Assembly: GCA_973895155.1 (NCBI GenBank)
Contig: OZ316894.1
Span: forward strand, 681,968 to 745,967
DNA length: 64,000 nt
Source of the DNA: Marsupella aquatica
Taxonomy: Eukaryota; Plantae; Marchantiophyta
Reading direction: 5' to 3'
In this document: positions 48,740-62,194 of the stretch, one piece after another
How positions within the stretch are numbered: position 1 is the stretch's first letter
Layout of the letters: each line of letters starts with the position of its first letter
Notes under the pieces: model-generated
The model's input: the letters and a program-made list of their open reading frames with translations, nothing else
Database searches by the model: none
What the model was told of the DNA's origin: nothing
Translations under genes and position numbers: made by a program

Positions 48740-51700
48740 TGTGGTTCGTCCCATGGCTCCCCAAACCCAAGAAACCCCCCTGCGCAAGCCGATTCCCGCA
48801 GGTTTCGTCCTTGGCGAGGCCGTTTCCACGGCTTGGCGGCATGGGACGCTGCTAACCTCCTCCTACTGCTACTATTAACATTTTACACACATATACTAGA
48901 CAGATCCTTCATCGGGTCATGAGATACGTAGCCGGCCTAATCTAGGCCTTCCCTTGTCTTCCCCTCTCCTTCTGGTTAGGTATATTTAGATTCCGTCGCC
49001 GGATTGATCCCCAATTGGCTTGGTTAAGCCGCTAAGACCTCTCTCAGCTCGACACATCCAACTCTCACTCCCTTGCTTACTTCCCTTCTCTCTATTAGTT
49101 GATGTGGGCACTCTTCAAACAAGTTAATGCGACACACAAATAGCAAAATGACTCCTTCTGACTAAGTTATACCATGCACTTGCCATACAAACAGTACATC
49201 TCATACACAAGCTCTGCGAACTAAGCCGTGAGGCCAACTCTATTCAGCTCTTAGGCATGAGGAAACATGAATATACACAAGGGTCACTGTATAACTAACC
49301 GAGAGCTTCTCTTACTACTAGATCCCAGCCCTGCTGGTGCAACTAAAAACTTGATAAAGAAGAGGCCCTGGACTCCCCGCTGCCCAGGTATTTATCCTGG
49401 CAGTGGATCTGTCCAATTCCTTGCAGTGTAAGCTTAATCTATCCTACCTGTAATCTACCTAACTGTAACCTACCTATGTACAGCGAGGCAGGAGCACAAG
49501 TGTTGCTCCTACCAGTGGATCCGCCATCCCACTAATCTAAGTGTCAGGGCCGTCTCCTGGTCCTGATCCTAAGCCTAAACTTGGAGATCCGAGCCCGCCC
49601 TGCCCACTCACGCCTCCTACCTCCACGTCCGCCCTTCCTAAAAGGAACGGCGCCCTTGCACCATCACAACACCGGTGGTGGATCCTCAATGGACGCCCCC
49701 AATGCTTCTCCCGCAGCCACTGCCGTCGGTCCGTCCTCTGACAGATTACCTGCCCCAGACCGAGTCAACTCTTCTTCGGCCTGACTGGGTCCACCCTCGG
49801 CTTCGGCCTCAGCATCGGCCACGACCTCTAATATGGCTACGGCCTCCTCGGCCTACTCTAGTGGTGGGTCTGGTACACCGACTTCATTACTGAGCATTTT
49901 GGCTTGGGCCGTGCCCTCCCCGCCTACTAGGGTAATTGGATTTTCTGCCGTGACCCTGCCTGTTGTTGGTGTTGGGTTTACCTCCTTGGTCACAATGGCT
50001 TGAGAAGCCGCATTACTCCCTGACCCATAAGGTTTCTGCTTCTTCTTCCCTATGTCGGCAGCTGGTCCCTTCCCTTTGCCACCTACCTCCGGCACCGGGG
50101 CGTGTGTATCGGCTTGTCCTTCGGCCAGTACCACTCCTGGTAACGGGGTTCCCACAATTGGAGTTGGAATAGATGAAGCTAAGCATTTGAATATTGCGGC
50201 CTGTTTCTTTAGCCGCTCCATTTGGTTGTCGGCCCGCCGCTGTAAGTTCTCCATCTTCCGCGTGCGTTCCTCTAACTCCTCCTGCACTTCGTCCAGGTCC
50301 TTCCGTACCGCCTGCAGCTCCTTCTTGGCCTCCTCCAATTCCTTATGGGCTTCCTCCAATTCCTTATGGGCTTCCTCCAATTCCTTCTAGGCTTCCTCCA
50401 ATTCCTTCTTTAAGGTAGCCCTTTCCTCCTGGGTTGCTCTTAGCTCCTTGTCAAGCTCCGTTACGACCTCAGACTCCATTTTATTCATCTTGGCATAGTC
50501 TGGTCGAGCTGGTCGTCCTTCTCACGAAGGTCGGCCTTGAAGCTGGCCGTCAGGGATGCAAGCTCCTGCTGTAGCATAATAATCCCTTGATAGGATTTTC
50601 CTAACTCGGCCTCCTTCTGCTCCAGGGCTCCGCGGATATCCTCGAGTTCCCCCTTCAACGCTCTCTCCCTTCTTTGAGTCTCCGCCATGGCCCGGTTGTT
50701 GGCAGCTATGTGGGCCTCCTTTGCGTCTCTCAGCTCTTGCTTCCACTTCTCCCTCTCTTTGACCGCCTCGGCCAACTCTCCTTGGGTCTGAGTCAGTTTA
50801 TCCTTGATAATCTGATTATCAGACTGCGCGGTATCCAACTGCCCCTGCATGATGTTTAGCTCATGCCGTTTAATCGGTAGCTCATCTTGGGCTCTCTCGA
50901 CCGGCTTTAGGTCTTCCATCTCAGCTTCCATCTCCCTAAGCTGCCGGATGACCTCGTCCTTCTTGCTTCTCTCCAAAGCCACCGCTTCTTCTAATCGGTG
51001 CTTCTCCAACATCTCCCTCTGGAAAAAAAGGTCCCTGCTCCAACTCCTCCCCAAAGATGCTGAGCGCAAGTTCCCCACACATCTCCCCGTACTCCATGGC
51101 TCTATTTTTAGCATAGGTGGAGTAAGTAGAAGTCATCGGCATCAACCACCGCGGCCTTTGTTCCCAAGCCGCCTTGCGGATTTCTTCTATGGTGGCAAGA
51201 GGGTTGCTTCTTTTTTTGGCAAGCCGCCTGATGTCCTCCGGCCAATCTCCTCCTGGTAAATCTTTCTCCCTAGCAAGGGCTGCCTTCTCTTCCTCCCTGA
51301 GTCGCTCCTGAAACTCTTGTGCCGTCTGCTTTATGCCGTCAAAGCTCGGGGGAGCGACATCTGGTGGGGGAGACTCGGGGCTACTCTACTGGGTGGGGTC
51401 CCCTCGAACTACTCTTGGAAGCATGGGGATAAACGGGTTACAGGTCCTTACTCCTGGAACATGATGATCCGACCCATAGTCGGAGTTATCATTGTTGTAA
51501 TCCTCCACCGCCTCTTCCACTGCTTGGACTCCCGGCTTCCCCCTCTGTTCCCCTGGTCTTGCCGTGAAAACAGCCTCACAGATCACGGGCCCTGGTTCCT
51601 CCTCTGGCTTCTTGGCTGTCTTCTCCCTTTGCTTTCCGCGGGCAGGAGCCTTAGGCTGCTCTGCCTCCGATTTGGGGCTGGAGGCTCCCACATACATTCG

Positions 51701-54700
51701 AATTCCTGGCTTGTGTTCTGGCCTCCTTCTCTCCTTGGCTCCGGTAAAGGGGTTTTCCCTCATGAGTCGGCTTAGGCCGACCTCTGGGGCAGTGTCCTGT
51801 ACCGATGCCGTTGCCATTGCTGTTGCCGGAACTGGTGCCGGTGCCGTCCTCTTCTCCTTCTCCAACAATTTCAGCAGATTCTGCATGCCTGATTGCTGCA
51901 TCGGCAAGTCTTCTTTCCTTGGCCGAAACACCTGCTCAATCATAGGACTGGCGGGCTGGTTGGGCTTTTCTGTTGCCGGCCTCTGCTCCGGGACTTCCTC
52001 TGGTGCCCTCGCCTGCAGGGGAAGTACTGGGGCTGCAAAGATCTGACTTCTGGCATACCGGCACAACAGCGGCATGTGATTGCCAAGCCGGGACACGCTT
52101 CCCATGCCGATCACCAATTGTTCCTCCTTCAAGATCTTCTTCAATTGGTTGAGGAGGTACCCGTTGTAGTCCCGGCTTGGGTCTGGCCTCTCTGCCAGGT
52201 AGACCTGTGCCTTGCCTATCTCTGCCCTTGGCAGGTTGCAATGCATGGTCACCCGCAAGAAATTGATCATCTCTCTGATGTGCGGGTTGGTGCAGGTGTT
52301 CCGGAAGAAGCCATTCTTCGTTGATGGCCCTGGGAACGACCGGAACTCCTTGTCAGGCAAGGTCTTCCTGGTATCTACTTTGGTCTTATTGCCCATCGGC
52401 AAGCCAAACACTTCGGCAATCACCTGGGGAGTGAGATAGAAATCCTTCCCATACACCCTCGTGGAATTGGTCTCGGGCTCCCATGACCCCACGAATTCTA
52501 ATAAGTCTGAATCCGGCACCTCCGACTTCAGCCATGGTAGTTTTACGAAGGCTTCCAAGCCGGATCCGGCCATGAAGCCCTGGTACTTCTTGGTCTGCAT
52601 GGCCGTAAAGCATGCATCCTCCTCCCGTACAAAATGTAGTTGCACTTCCTCGGGAAGAGTCGCCGCCCAGCCTTTCCAGGTGTCATCTCTTGTTGGAACG
52701 ACATTGATGGGGTCGACTTCCTCCTCTTCGGCTTCTCCCTGCCTCCTGCTCTGCTGCTCTACGGGCTTCCTTGGTGCCGTCGACCTCGTTCTTTTTGCCG
52801 GGGTGGCCTCTTCGTTGTTGTTTCCTTTCCTCTTCATCTCGGCTGCCGTGGATGTTTCTCCTAGCACGGTTGCCTTTGTCCAACCCTCCGTGCTACCCTT
52901 CAACTCCCACTGTACGTCATTGCAGCGGTTGATGGCTTCCCGAATGCCAACGATTCTATCTTCGCAAAACAAAAGGTCGTCGAGTTGATTGGCAGTAGGA
53001 GTCCACAAGAACTCGACCTTGATGAGTTCTCCTCCTAAGAAGGCAGATTTCTGCAGCTTCCACAGTTGAGCGAGCTCTTGCCGTTCTCGAGCTGCTCTCT
53101 CTGATTCTTCGTCCTCATAAGTCCCAATGTACTCAGTTGCCCGTTCGAACAGGCATCCCCAAAAATGTGCTGCTTGATTGACATTGCCCATACCCTCCTT
53201 GAGTCGATCGTCGGTATCTGCTCCGCCCAGAGTGCTTGCCTAAGCAGCTGAGAGTAGTTGGCCTCCCGTAGTCGTCTGCCCAGTTCGTGCTTGCAAATGA
53301 GCCACTATTCCTCGCGAGCGGTCCTTACCCCTCCCTCCTCTGGTCCTCCCTCCCATTGGTTACCCCTAGCCGCCGACACTTAGCGCGCCCTAACCCTAAT
53401 CGTGTTCTCTCCCCCGACGTCCTTACTTCCGGCCTCGGCCCGGGTTCCATAGTCACCCTTAATTGTTTATATTTTCCTTGTTTTTGTTACTATACTAATG
53501 TGTTTCTAGGGTACACTTCCGTTTTCCCCACTTAACCGGCCTAGTGATTCCTGGCTAGGTGTAATATAGTAGGTTAAGTAGGAATCATACAAAACAGTAA
53601 ATTTTTAAAAATTTTGTAACTAACAAAGACTTTATATCTACCCTGGGTAGTGTTATAGAGACTTAGAAGTTATTAGGAGTTAAAACACCATTTACACTGT
53701 AGACTAGAAACTAGTTGTTAGTTCGGAGAGAAGATCAACACCTCAAGATCAACCAAGAGGATCGACCTAATCCTCCCTGCGCACCAAAGAAGAGAAATAC
53801 GCAGCCCCGAACCCCTCTAAGCACAGACCTCGCGACGTCTACCCCAGCGCCGCGATCTTTTCTTTTTCCCGGAAGAAGCTAAGGCATTTTAGCGCTTTTG
53901 CGCTTTCGCGTCTTTGCGATTTGGAGCGATTGCGCTTTTGCGCTTTGGAGTTTTTACGCCCTTGCGTTTTTGACAAGTTTACCATGACTTCACTCACAGG
54001 AAGCGATGAGGACCTTGCAGAAGGCGACAGCCTTCCAAGAGCAGTACCAACACTACTTCCAACACTTCCTCAGGATTTGATGGCACTCGCCGAGGCACTA
54101 AAAGAGATGGATCTTGCACGACTCCTTCTTATGCCCTGGAACACTATTTCTCCTACATACTTACAGGGATTTCAGGATCGTTCCCTGCATCTCGAAGGTA
54201 TGGAGGATACAGTGAGAGCCAAACCGGAATGATGGGACATCGACTTATTTGCCCGAGCTTTTCATTGTCCTTCGACTGGTATTAATCTGGTATCTGGAAG
54301 GGGCACGGTTTCCGAATCCATGTTTGCAGGAGTTCGACGAAGTAAACACGGTTGGAAACTGCATCAGTGTATTGACTACACATTCCGATTGATTCTTGAT
54401 TTCCTTGTCCCTATCCTGCATCCGAATTGACCCCAGATGGTTCCTGTATCTTTAGCTAACACTCTATACATTTCTTGGGAGAAGATTGCTGAAGTAAATT
54501 GGGCTCTGCTGCTACGAAGGACAGTGCTCTCACAAGTAAAGGAAGTCAAAACTGGAAAGCTAAACTGTTTACCTGCTTATCTCAGCCAGCTTTACTTCCA
54601 GGGAAATTGCTTGTTGCTTGAGGAGAAAATGGAGCGTCGAAGGCTACTTGATGAACTTCCCTTTGAAATTCCGGAAGAAGAGGCACCAATACCTTCCCCA

Positions 54701-57700
54701 ATAGATCCGCAGCATGATCCTACCAGTGAGGAAAGGAGTCTCGTTGCACCATCAAGCTCACCTCTCCTTCTCAAACCCGCTGAAGTTATTCCTCCTGCAG
54801 CTGTTCCACTGATAGATTGTGTTGAGACTCCCCAAGTTCCTCTCTCCCCAGTAGATCCACTTGATCAAGAAGCCAGACAGATTTTCTATTACCAAGGAAT
54901 TGTAGAAGCCTTGACTGAGATTTTATCTTGTAGCCCTGGAGAAGTAGTTACTCTTGTACGTGACTTGAAAGCGGTCCCACAGAGAGAAGTTTTTCCTGAT
55001 GTCCTTATCTCTGAACCTCAGGACCCTACCTCTCTGTACTCACCCACCGAAGGACCTCTAGCTGTTATCCAAAGTTTGTTACAGCAACCCCCTTCTCATG
55101 AAGTTGAAGAACAAGTCGGTAGTGAGGATATGGACATTGATATTGTAAGGATTTCAGAAGATCATCAACAAGTGGCTGATATTAATCAGCAGCTCCTACA
55201 GCAACCTCCGATACCGCAGCATGCTTCAGGAGAGGTTCAGTATTATTCTGAATTAATTGCAAAGATTACCTCTGTGTTAGAGTGTGATCCAGAGCACATA
55301 GTTGAAGTGACGGAGGAAGTATTACAGAGAGCCATTGTTGCTATAAGTCAAGATCATCACTTGGAGTATTGTGAGAATCTTGTTTCCAGGCTTGCCCAGA
55401 TGTTCAACTGCAAACCTACTCAAGTATACGCTGCAGTATACTACCACACCTCCAAGTTTGGTTCCCCCCTCTCCCACTCTTCTCCTGATCACTCTCCCAC
55501 CTCACCTTATAGTCCTTCCGATCGTCCTGATCACCATTTTCCTAGTTTTCCAATCCCTACCATCACACCCACAGATGAAGCTCTGGCTGTCAGTTACCCC
55601 GATTCCCTACCTCCTGGGAAGAATAAATCCTGCCAAGTTAATCTTATCCCTACCATCCATATAGATCCTAAGACCACCACAGAGAATATCAAACTCTTTT
55701 CTGAATTCCTTAAAGTAGTAGATCTCAGAACTCCTCCCATCTTAGAATACTGGAATTACTATCAGAAGAGGAGAATTGAGTGCCTCTATATCTTGAAGCT
55801 ACGCTTGAGGGATACCACTCGTTTGGAGATAGCTGAGATGGATGAAATCTGGACTGAGGCAGAATATTTCAGGCCCATTCTTGCTGCCATGATTCTGATT
55901 GGTGACATTGTGTTGGAAAATGGAGATTTAGCTTTAGCTTATTTCGGAAATCTTTCTGCCTATCATCTTGAGTTTATTATCTCATTTTTGAAGCAGACCA
56001 ACAGGAAGAGTCGAGTTGATCCTCGTACCATCCCGGAAAACCCTTTCATCAAACAGAAGTTTATCACTCCAGTTACTGAGAAACAAAGAATCTGGGATAA
56101 CATCACTTCCCAGCGACTCAAAGATTATACTAGGAAATGGCGTGCTCTTTCCTCTACCATCCATCCACTTCTCGATTTGGCTCGAGATACTAAAACATTC
56201 ATTCGGAAATTCCCACATAACTATCATGCTTCCTGTTGTTCCTATGACCTCGTTGGTATTTACATGCAAGCCAGCAAGATCAACACCATGTTTACTAGGC
56301 GGTTACTTCCAAAGCTGAATATGGAGCGTCAGCGAAAATCACTTCCTCTCATTCGACATCACCCCAATGATATGGATATGATCCGTGAAGTCATCCAGAG
56401 TGAGACCTTCAGACGAGTACAACAACCAGACCCTGAGGCTCTAGTGCAGCAAGATTAAATTTTCGCAGTTAGAATAGATTCGTTGTTAAAGTGTTGAAGT
56501 ATTCAGGGATGCCTGAAACCTCACTAGTAGATAACCCTTATATATTTTAGAAGTTATAACATTTCTAGTTTTACTTAAGCGTAATTGCGTAAACGCGCAA
56601 CAACGCCTTTACTCCAAAGCGCCAAAGCGCAATCGCGCTTCCGACACTTAGAAAATTTTCCGGAAAAAATGCATTTTTTATATCCGACAGCACTTTTACC
56701 TATTTTATTGAGGCACTTAGGCACCTCAGAAAAGTCTCATATTTTGCTGGCATGAAGAATATACATCAGAGATCACTTTAGCAAAATATCACTTTTTTCT
56801 GACTTTTAGTTGAGAAACTAAAATTAGGACAAAGCTACTGATTATCATTTTTACCACAGTTTCACTTTTACAGTAGTTAGCCTCTGAAATACCTTTTAGT
56901 TAGTTTTTCATTCCAGGAATATTCCACTCAACCCTAAGTACTCCTGTAGTACACTTTTATTACTTTTATTTTAGCCTATGACCCTTGAGATAAGAAGGGG
57001 CGTGTCTCTTCGGTGTCTCTCTTCCTTTGGGTTCTTGCTGACCTATATGTAGCCAACTTTGTGACACTTTTCCAAGAGGAAATTATGTAGCCCTGTGTTG
57101 CAGATTTACAGCATGGCAAGCTTCACTTTGTAGAGAGAAACTCTGACTTTTGTAAAGAGTGAATGAATACAAAGGATTTCTTCCTCCTTCCTTGACTCGG
57201 GATGTTGTGAATTCTGAGCAATGAAGTAAAGCATAGTTCCTTGTCAAAATCTTTTGAATGTATAGAGATAGATTCCATGGTGGTGAAGACTATACATCCT
57301 CAAGTTCTTGATGCATGTAGTTTTGGGATTTGACATTGCTTGTGCACGACTTGCAAAGAATGTCATTGATCAATTTTCCATGATTTAGTTTGTTGATGAC
57401 GGTGATTGTGATTTGTAACTCCAAGTACCGACTGGATACTGAAGTGATTGGTTGTTAATCCTAACTGAGTACCTCGGAAGGAAAGGTTGAGACGTGTAGC
57501 CGGCATCTTAACAACCATCCTAGTAAAGTATTCCATTCCAGAAATGTCCTTGCAAGATCAATACCTTAAATCATCCCAAATTAAGTGTTGTTGAGAAGTT
57601 ACCTTGGTGTTTTCCAGACTCTCTCATCATACCTCAAGATTTCCTTGTGTTTTGTTAATTTCATCCATTTTTGTTAATTATATTTACAATGTCAAGCAGA

Positions 57701-57891
57701 CATTTAAATCTAGGCCTTGCTGAGCATTCAAAGTAAAAGGCTTATCTTTGTGTTTTTGTTGCCTTAGTCATTCATTTATGTTAAATCATTGTAAACCATT
57801 CCCAACATGTTCTTCCATGGGAACGAATACCGAGTTTTAGAGCTTAAATGATGATTTTTATCCCTAGTACAATACTACACTAGGCATCACA
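48740..57891. mobile_element. Element B: ~4.8-kb unit of the same family as A, inserted inverted into A; ORF on the - strand (~53191-49660)
   Basis: Ends are TGTGGTTC and GCATCACA. The TSD is GACAT/GACGT (48735-48739 and 57892-57896). It is colinear with A and has an extra coiled-coil segment with 21-bp repeats (~50326-50410). Confidence 0.82.
53560..57879 (+). mobile_element. Element C: 4.32-kb solo-LTR-like unit of a different family, inserted near the end of B; ORF 53984-56458 with two in-frame TGAs
   Basis: Ends are TGTAATAT and ATACTACA. The TSD CTAGG is at 53555-53559 and 57880-57884. The ORF contains LLLMPW, GWKLHQC, LDFLVPILHP and VNWALLL. Confidence 0.8.
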
Positions 57892-59469
57892 GACGTGGAG
57901 GGAGGAGGCGTGAGTGGGCAGGGCGGGCTCAGATCTCCAAGTTTAGAATTAGGACCAAGAGGCAGCCCTGACACTTAGATTAGTGGGATTGCGGATCCAC
58001 TGGTAAGAGCAACACTTGTGCTCCTGCCTCACTGTACATAGGTAGATTATAGTTAGGATAGATTAGGCTTACACTGCAAGGAATTAGGCGGATCCACTGC
58101 CAGGATAAGTACCTGGGCAGCAGGGAGACCAGGGCCTTCTTCCTTAGCAAGTTTTTAGTGCACCAACAGGGCTAGGATCAAGTAGTAAAAGAAGCTCTCG
58201 GGTAGTTATACTGTGACCCTTGTGTATATTCATGTTTCCTCATGCCTAAGAGATGAATAGAGTTGGCCTCACGGCTTAGTTCGTAGATCTTGTGTATGAG
58301 AAGTACTATTTGTATGGCAAGTGCATGGTATAACTCAGTCAGAAGGAGTCATTTTGCTATTTGTGTGTCGCATTAACTTGTTTGAAGATTGCCCACATCA
58401 ACCAAGAGAAGGGAGTAAGCAAGGTAGTAAGAGTTGGATGTGTCGAGCTGAGAGAGGTCTTAGCGGCTTACCCAAGCCAGTTGGGGATCATTCCGGTGAC
58501 GGAATCCAAACATACCTAAAGGAAGACCAGGAGAGGAGGACAAGGGAAGACATAGAAGAGGCCGGCTACGTATCTCATGACCCGATGAAGGATCTGTCCA
58601 GTATATGTGTGTAAAATGTTAGTAGAGAGTTAGCAGCGTCCCATGCCGCTAAGCCGCAGAACCGACCTCGCCGAGAGCAAAAACCTGCGGGAATCGGCTT
58701 GTGCAGGGGGTTTCTTGGGTTTAGGGAGCCATGGGACGCACCATAACTACCTCTTGTATAAACTCTTTCCCTATGAATGAGAAGATTGGTCATTTTCATG
58801 TTGTGGTGTTTACAACACGTTATCAGCACGAAGCTCCTGACATTTTTTTCAACAAGGTTGAATTGAAAGAGGATCAAAATCTGGGATCAATTTGGGGAGA
58901 ATCGTGGGTGCAAATCTGATCAAGAAAGGAACAATCAAAGTTGGAGAATCGTAAAGACTCAGTTTGAATCTCAAGTTGATTTACACCACAATTTTCCTTT
59001 ATGAGATCCATACTGACCAACCTAAAAATGGTTCTAGGATCAGGCAGCACAAAATTCAACATTGAGATTGCAGCAGATTCTGATTAACAAGGCAAAATTA
59101 ATTAAGAGGAAATGGAGACGAGAGCATAATTGTCCACAATTCAACCATGTAAAGGCTCTATTACCCAATTTCCCTATCGTCTTTCTCCAAGATTGAAACT
59201 CAAAATATAACTTACAATAATTTCATAACTCCCAACTGAGATCTGGAATACAATTCTCTACTAATTGAATTGTGAGCCACCGATACCTGAATTTAAATCA
59301 TGGCTACAAATACAACTGAAAAACTACACTTTCAAGCACTAAAGATAGATGGATCAAACTATCTTTCATGGTCCTTAGACACAGAAGCACATTTGGCCTC
59401 CAAAAACCTCCAGGATGCAATCCTAACAGACAATGGCCCGACCTTGCAACAGAAGGCCCAAACACTTAT

Positions 59470-60580
59470 TGTGGTAAGTGGAAACAACCCAAATGTGTGT
59501 AATTTGTCCTTAAATACCAAGGTTCGGTCCCGTGAGGAATAAGTGAAACAAATGATGTAGGTGTTTATGTGCTTTGAAATCACAAAGTAATTTCTTCACT
59601 GTTTTCTTGTACATACAATTCTACAACAATATTTCAATAGATTTCAATAGATCAATAAATTTATAAGTGTTTATTTCTTATCAATAGGTAATCTGTATTT
59701 CATTCATTATCAACTTCCATATACTCAACAGAGATCGGTTCCATGTCGAATACCTCACTACAATTCTCTTTTCCCTAGATCTCAAAGTTTTCTCTTACAA
59801 ATTCATGATTCTTATGACATTCATCCATGAACTTGAGACAAATGTTATAATTCCAATGAAAAAGTGTGGTACAATTCCTCTTGGTTTAATCTTCCCTCCT
59901 AAACCCAAAACTGGCATGAGAGAAAGACCCAAAACTGGTCAAAGATTAACATTCCAAGGAAAAGACAATGAAAAATGGTCTTGTAGGCTCCCTCAAAGAC
60001 TTGAGATGCCAAAAGGTTTAAAAGTCTACAAACCTTTTCTTATCTAAACTTAAAGTCCTAAAAGGTAAGATGAGTCTAAGACCCTCTAAATCTAACTCCT
60101 AAGGGTGTCCTAATCTAAGTCTCTATATCCTATTCTATCCAACTAATAAAAGTTCAAAAGGTGCAAAAGAGATAGAAAACGGTTTAAGTAACATATGCCG
60201 AAAACCCTTGGAGAATCGGTTTGGGATATTTTGAAGTTGGTCTTTTGGGTCCAAACTAGAATTCTCCTTATAGCCCTTGACAAGAGCTTTTCAATGCACC
60301 AAAAAGCTCCTCAAACTTACATCGGGCCGACCTGCAATCGTCCGTCAAAGTTCCTGCCAAAAGTCTAAACCGATTCTGCAGCTTTCAAAGCGATTTCTTT
60401 CGGAGAGCTCCCAAAGCAATTGTTCCGTCAAAAACTCAATCTCTCAACTTTCTCCAAAACGTTCCTTTGAGGCTTAAAATGAATTAAGGGTGGTTTATTG
60501 ACTTGGAGAAGCTTTCAGTAAGGCCAAAAAGTTTTAAAATGTACCATTTTCACTTCAATGCTCCTTTTTGCCATTCCACA
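59470..60580. mobile_element. Solo LTR (1111 bp) inserted in the Bianca-like gag
   Basis: Ends are TGTGG and CCACA. The TSD CTTAT is at 59465-59469 and 60581-60585. Gag resumes after it. Confidence 0.85.
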
Positions 60581-62194
60581 CTTATACTAATTTGACACCA
60601 TATGGCGGAACCACTCAAAAGGCAGTACATGAATGAGTATAACCCATGCCTACTATGGGATGAACTGCATTCCCGATTTGACCACACTCGCACAATATCC
60701 CTTCCTGTGGCCAAGCATGACTAGGTCAATCTCAAAGTGCAAGACCATAAGACCATAGCAGATTATAACAGTGAACTGTTCCAAATCGTATCTCAATTAG
60801 CGATCTGTGGGCAGTCGGTGGGAGATGAGGAACAAATCAAAAAAACGTTGTCAACATTCCATTCATCTAATCTTATCTTATCAACTCAGTATACGAATAT
60901 GCGTTTTACAAAGTACTCCGAATGAATTGCACACATGTTATTGGCAGAGAAACACCAATTGCTACTGCTACAAAATACCAAAGTGAGGCCACCCGGCACA
61001 CTCCCACAGCAACCACAAGCAGAAATATACTTCAATCAACCAAGAGATAATGGTACTGCTAGGGTCCAGTCCCGAGTAGAGGGGTCCGCCCAGTGCCCCG
61101 CACCACCCTCGGCATCCCGCTGTGCTTGGCCCTCTCAAAAAGAAGCAGGTCCCCACATCAAAGCCCCCCGTCCCCCTGACCAGCATACCTCCGCTGATTG
61201 GAAGTCATCATTTATGAAAGATAGGAAAACTAGCCCAACGGAGGAAACACCACGGGTCGAATTGATAGGTCAAGATTCAGCAAAAAGGAGGAAGAGCGAG
61301 CATTTACCCTTCCAGCCAACGATGCTCGATCACCTAAGCATAAACATTACCAAAGGAGAGCCCGCAGCGGAATCCATTGAAATGCCCTCCTTATTAGGCT
61401 GAAGAGACCATCACCAAGCATTGTGTAGGCAAAAGAGCGTTGTCATCCAGCTAATCCATTGAAAAGAAGAATCAGAAGCCACGTCTGGAGTGGGAATCCG
61501 TGCCACCGAGGTCTTAGATATAATCCTCGCTCCTTAGAGAGACAACTTCTCTAAGCCCGAGAGTCCAGAAGCGAACAATTGCAGTCCCAACTTGGCCGGC
61601 TCCATCTCTCCTTCACGCGGCAGTTCCGCTTGTTACTCACTTCAAGGACCGTCTCGGTGCCTCAATCACCTAAGGACGATGCCACCCAAGCAAGCAGAGA
61701 TTCTGTCTCTCACCAAAAGCTTGATATTCCTTCACCTCAAAACCACCTTGATCCTACCTTGCTCCGAATGCTCGCACGCCCTTTGCGTTAAACCCCCATC
61801 CACTGGAAATGCATAAACCTCAAAGAGCCGTAATCATGTTTACCTAAGAACATCGAGACCCTAATCCCAGCTAATGTGCTCATGCATCAGCGGTACCTTA
61901 TCAAAAGAGATCAAGTTTGTTTCAAAAGACAGCGGTGAGTACCTCCACTCCGGAGGTAAAAGCACACAGTTCACAGCAACACAATCGACCAGCAATGTTG
62001 ATTTGAAGGCCCACATGAGACAAAACTAGAGTGCTTCAGTCCTTTCAGCTCCGCCAGCGCACTTGTTTCAGTCCTCTCAGTCACTTTCAAGATTTCCAAC
62101 TCGTCTCTTTATGCTAATAATTATGGACTCCTATATCTACTTTGTACGTACTAAATACGGATTAAGCCATATTACTGATTACCAGCCATGCTGG

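Larger units (their letters stand above)
45187..58745. mobile_element. Element A: ~4.4-kb solo-LTR-like unit (45187-48739 + 57897-58745) containing a degenerate ORF on the + strand (~45527-48700)
   Basis: Ends are TGTGATGC and GCACCATA. The 5-bp TSD ACTAC is at 45182-45186 and 58746-58750. No gag or pol. Confidence 0.8.
45103..61402 (+). mobile_element. Bianca-like Copia copy: split 5' LTR (45103-45186 + 58751-58817), PBS 58818-58831, gag 59300-61402; hosts four nested insertions
   Basis: The rejoined LTR halves match the LTR at 3432-3574. The PBS is CGTTATCAGCACGA. Gag reads MATNTTEKLHFQALKIDGSNYLSW...MLLAEKHQLLL. No pol or 3' LTR was seen. Confidence 0.8.

Noticed and set aside
40938-54430. 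Frequent in-frame TGA/TAG stops as recoding or U-to-C editing sites
   Set aside because: They are more simply explained by C>T or G>A decay (CGA, CAG or TGG to stop) in methylated TEs. Frameshifts co-occur in several of these ORFs.
45187-58745. A DIRS-like or foldback element with long inverted terminal repeats
   Set aside because: The TSDs show the inverted repeats arise from one family member inserting inverted into another. No tyrosine recombinase or RT is present.
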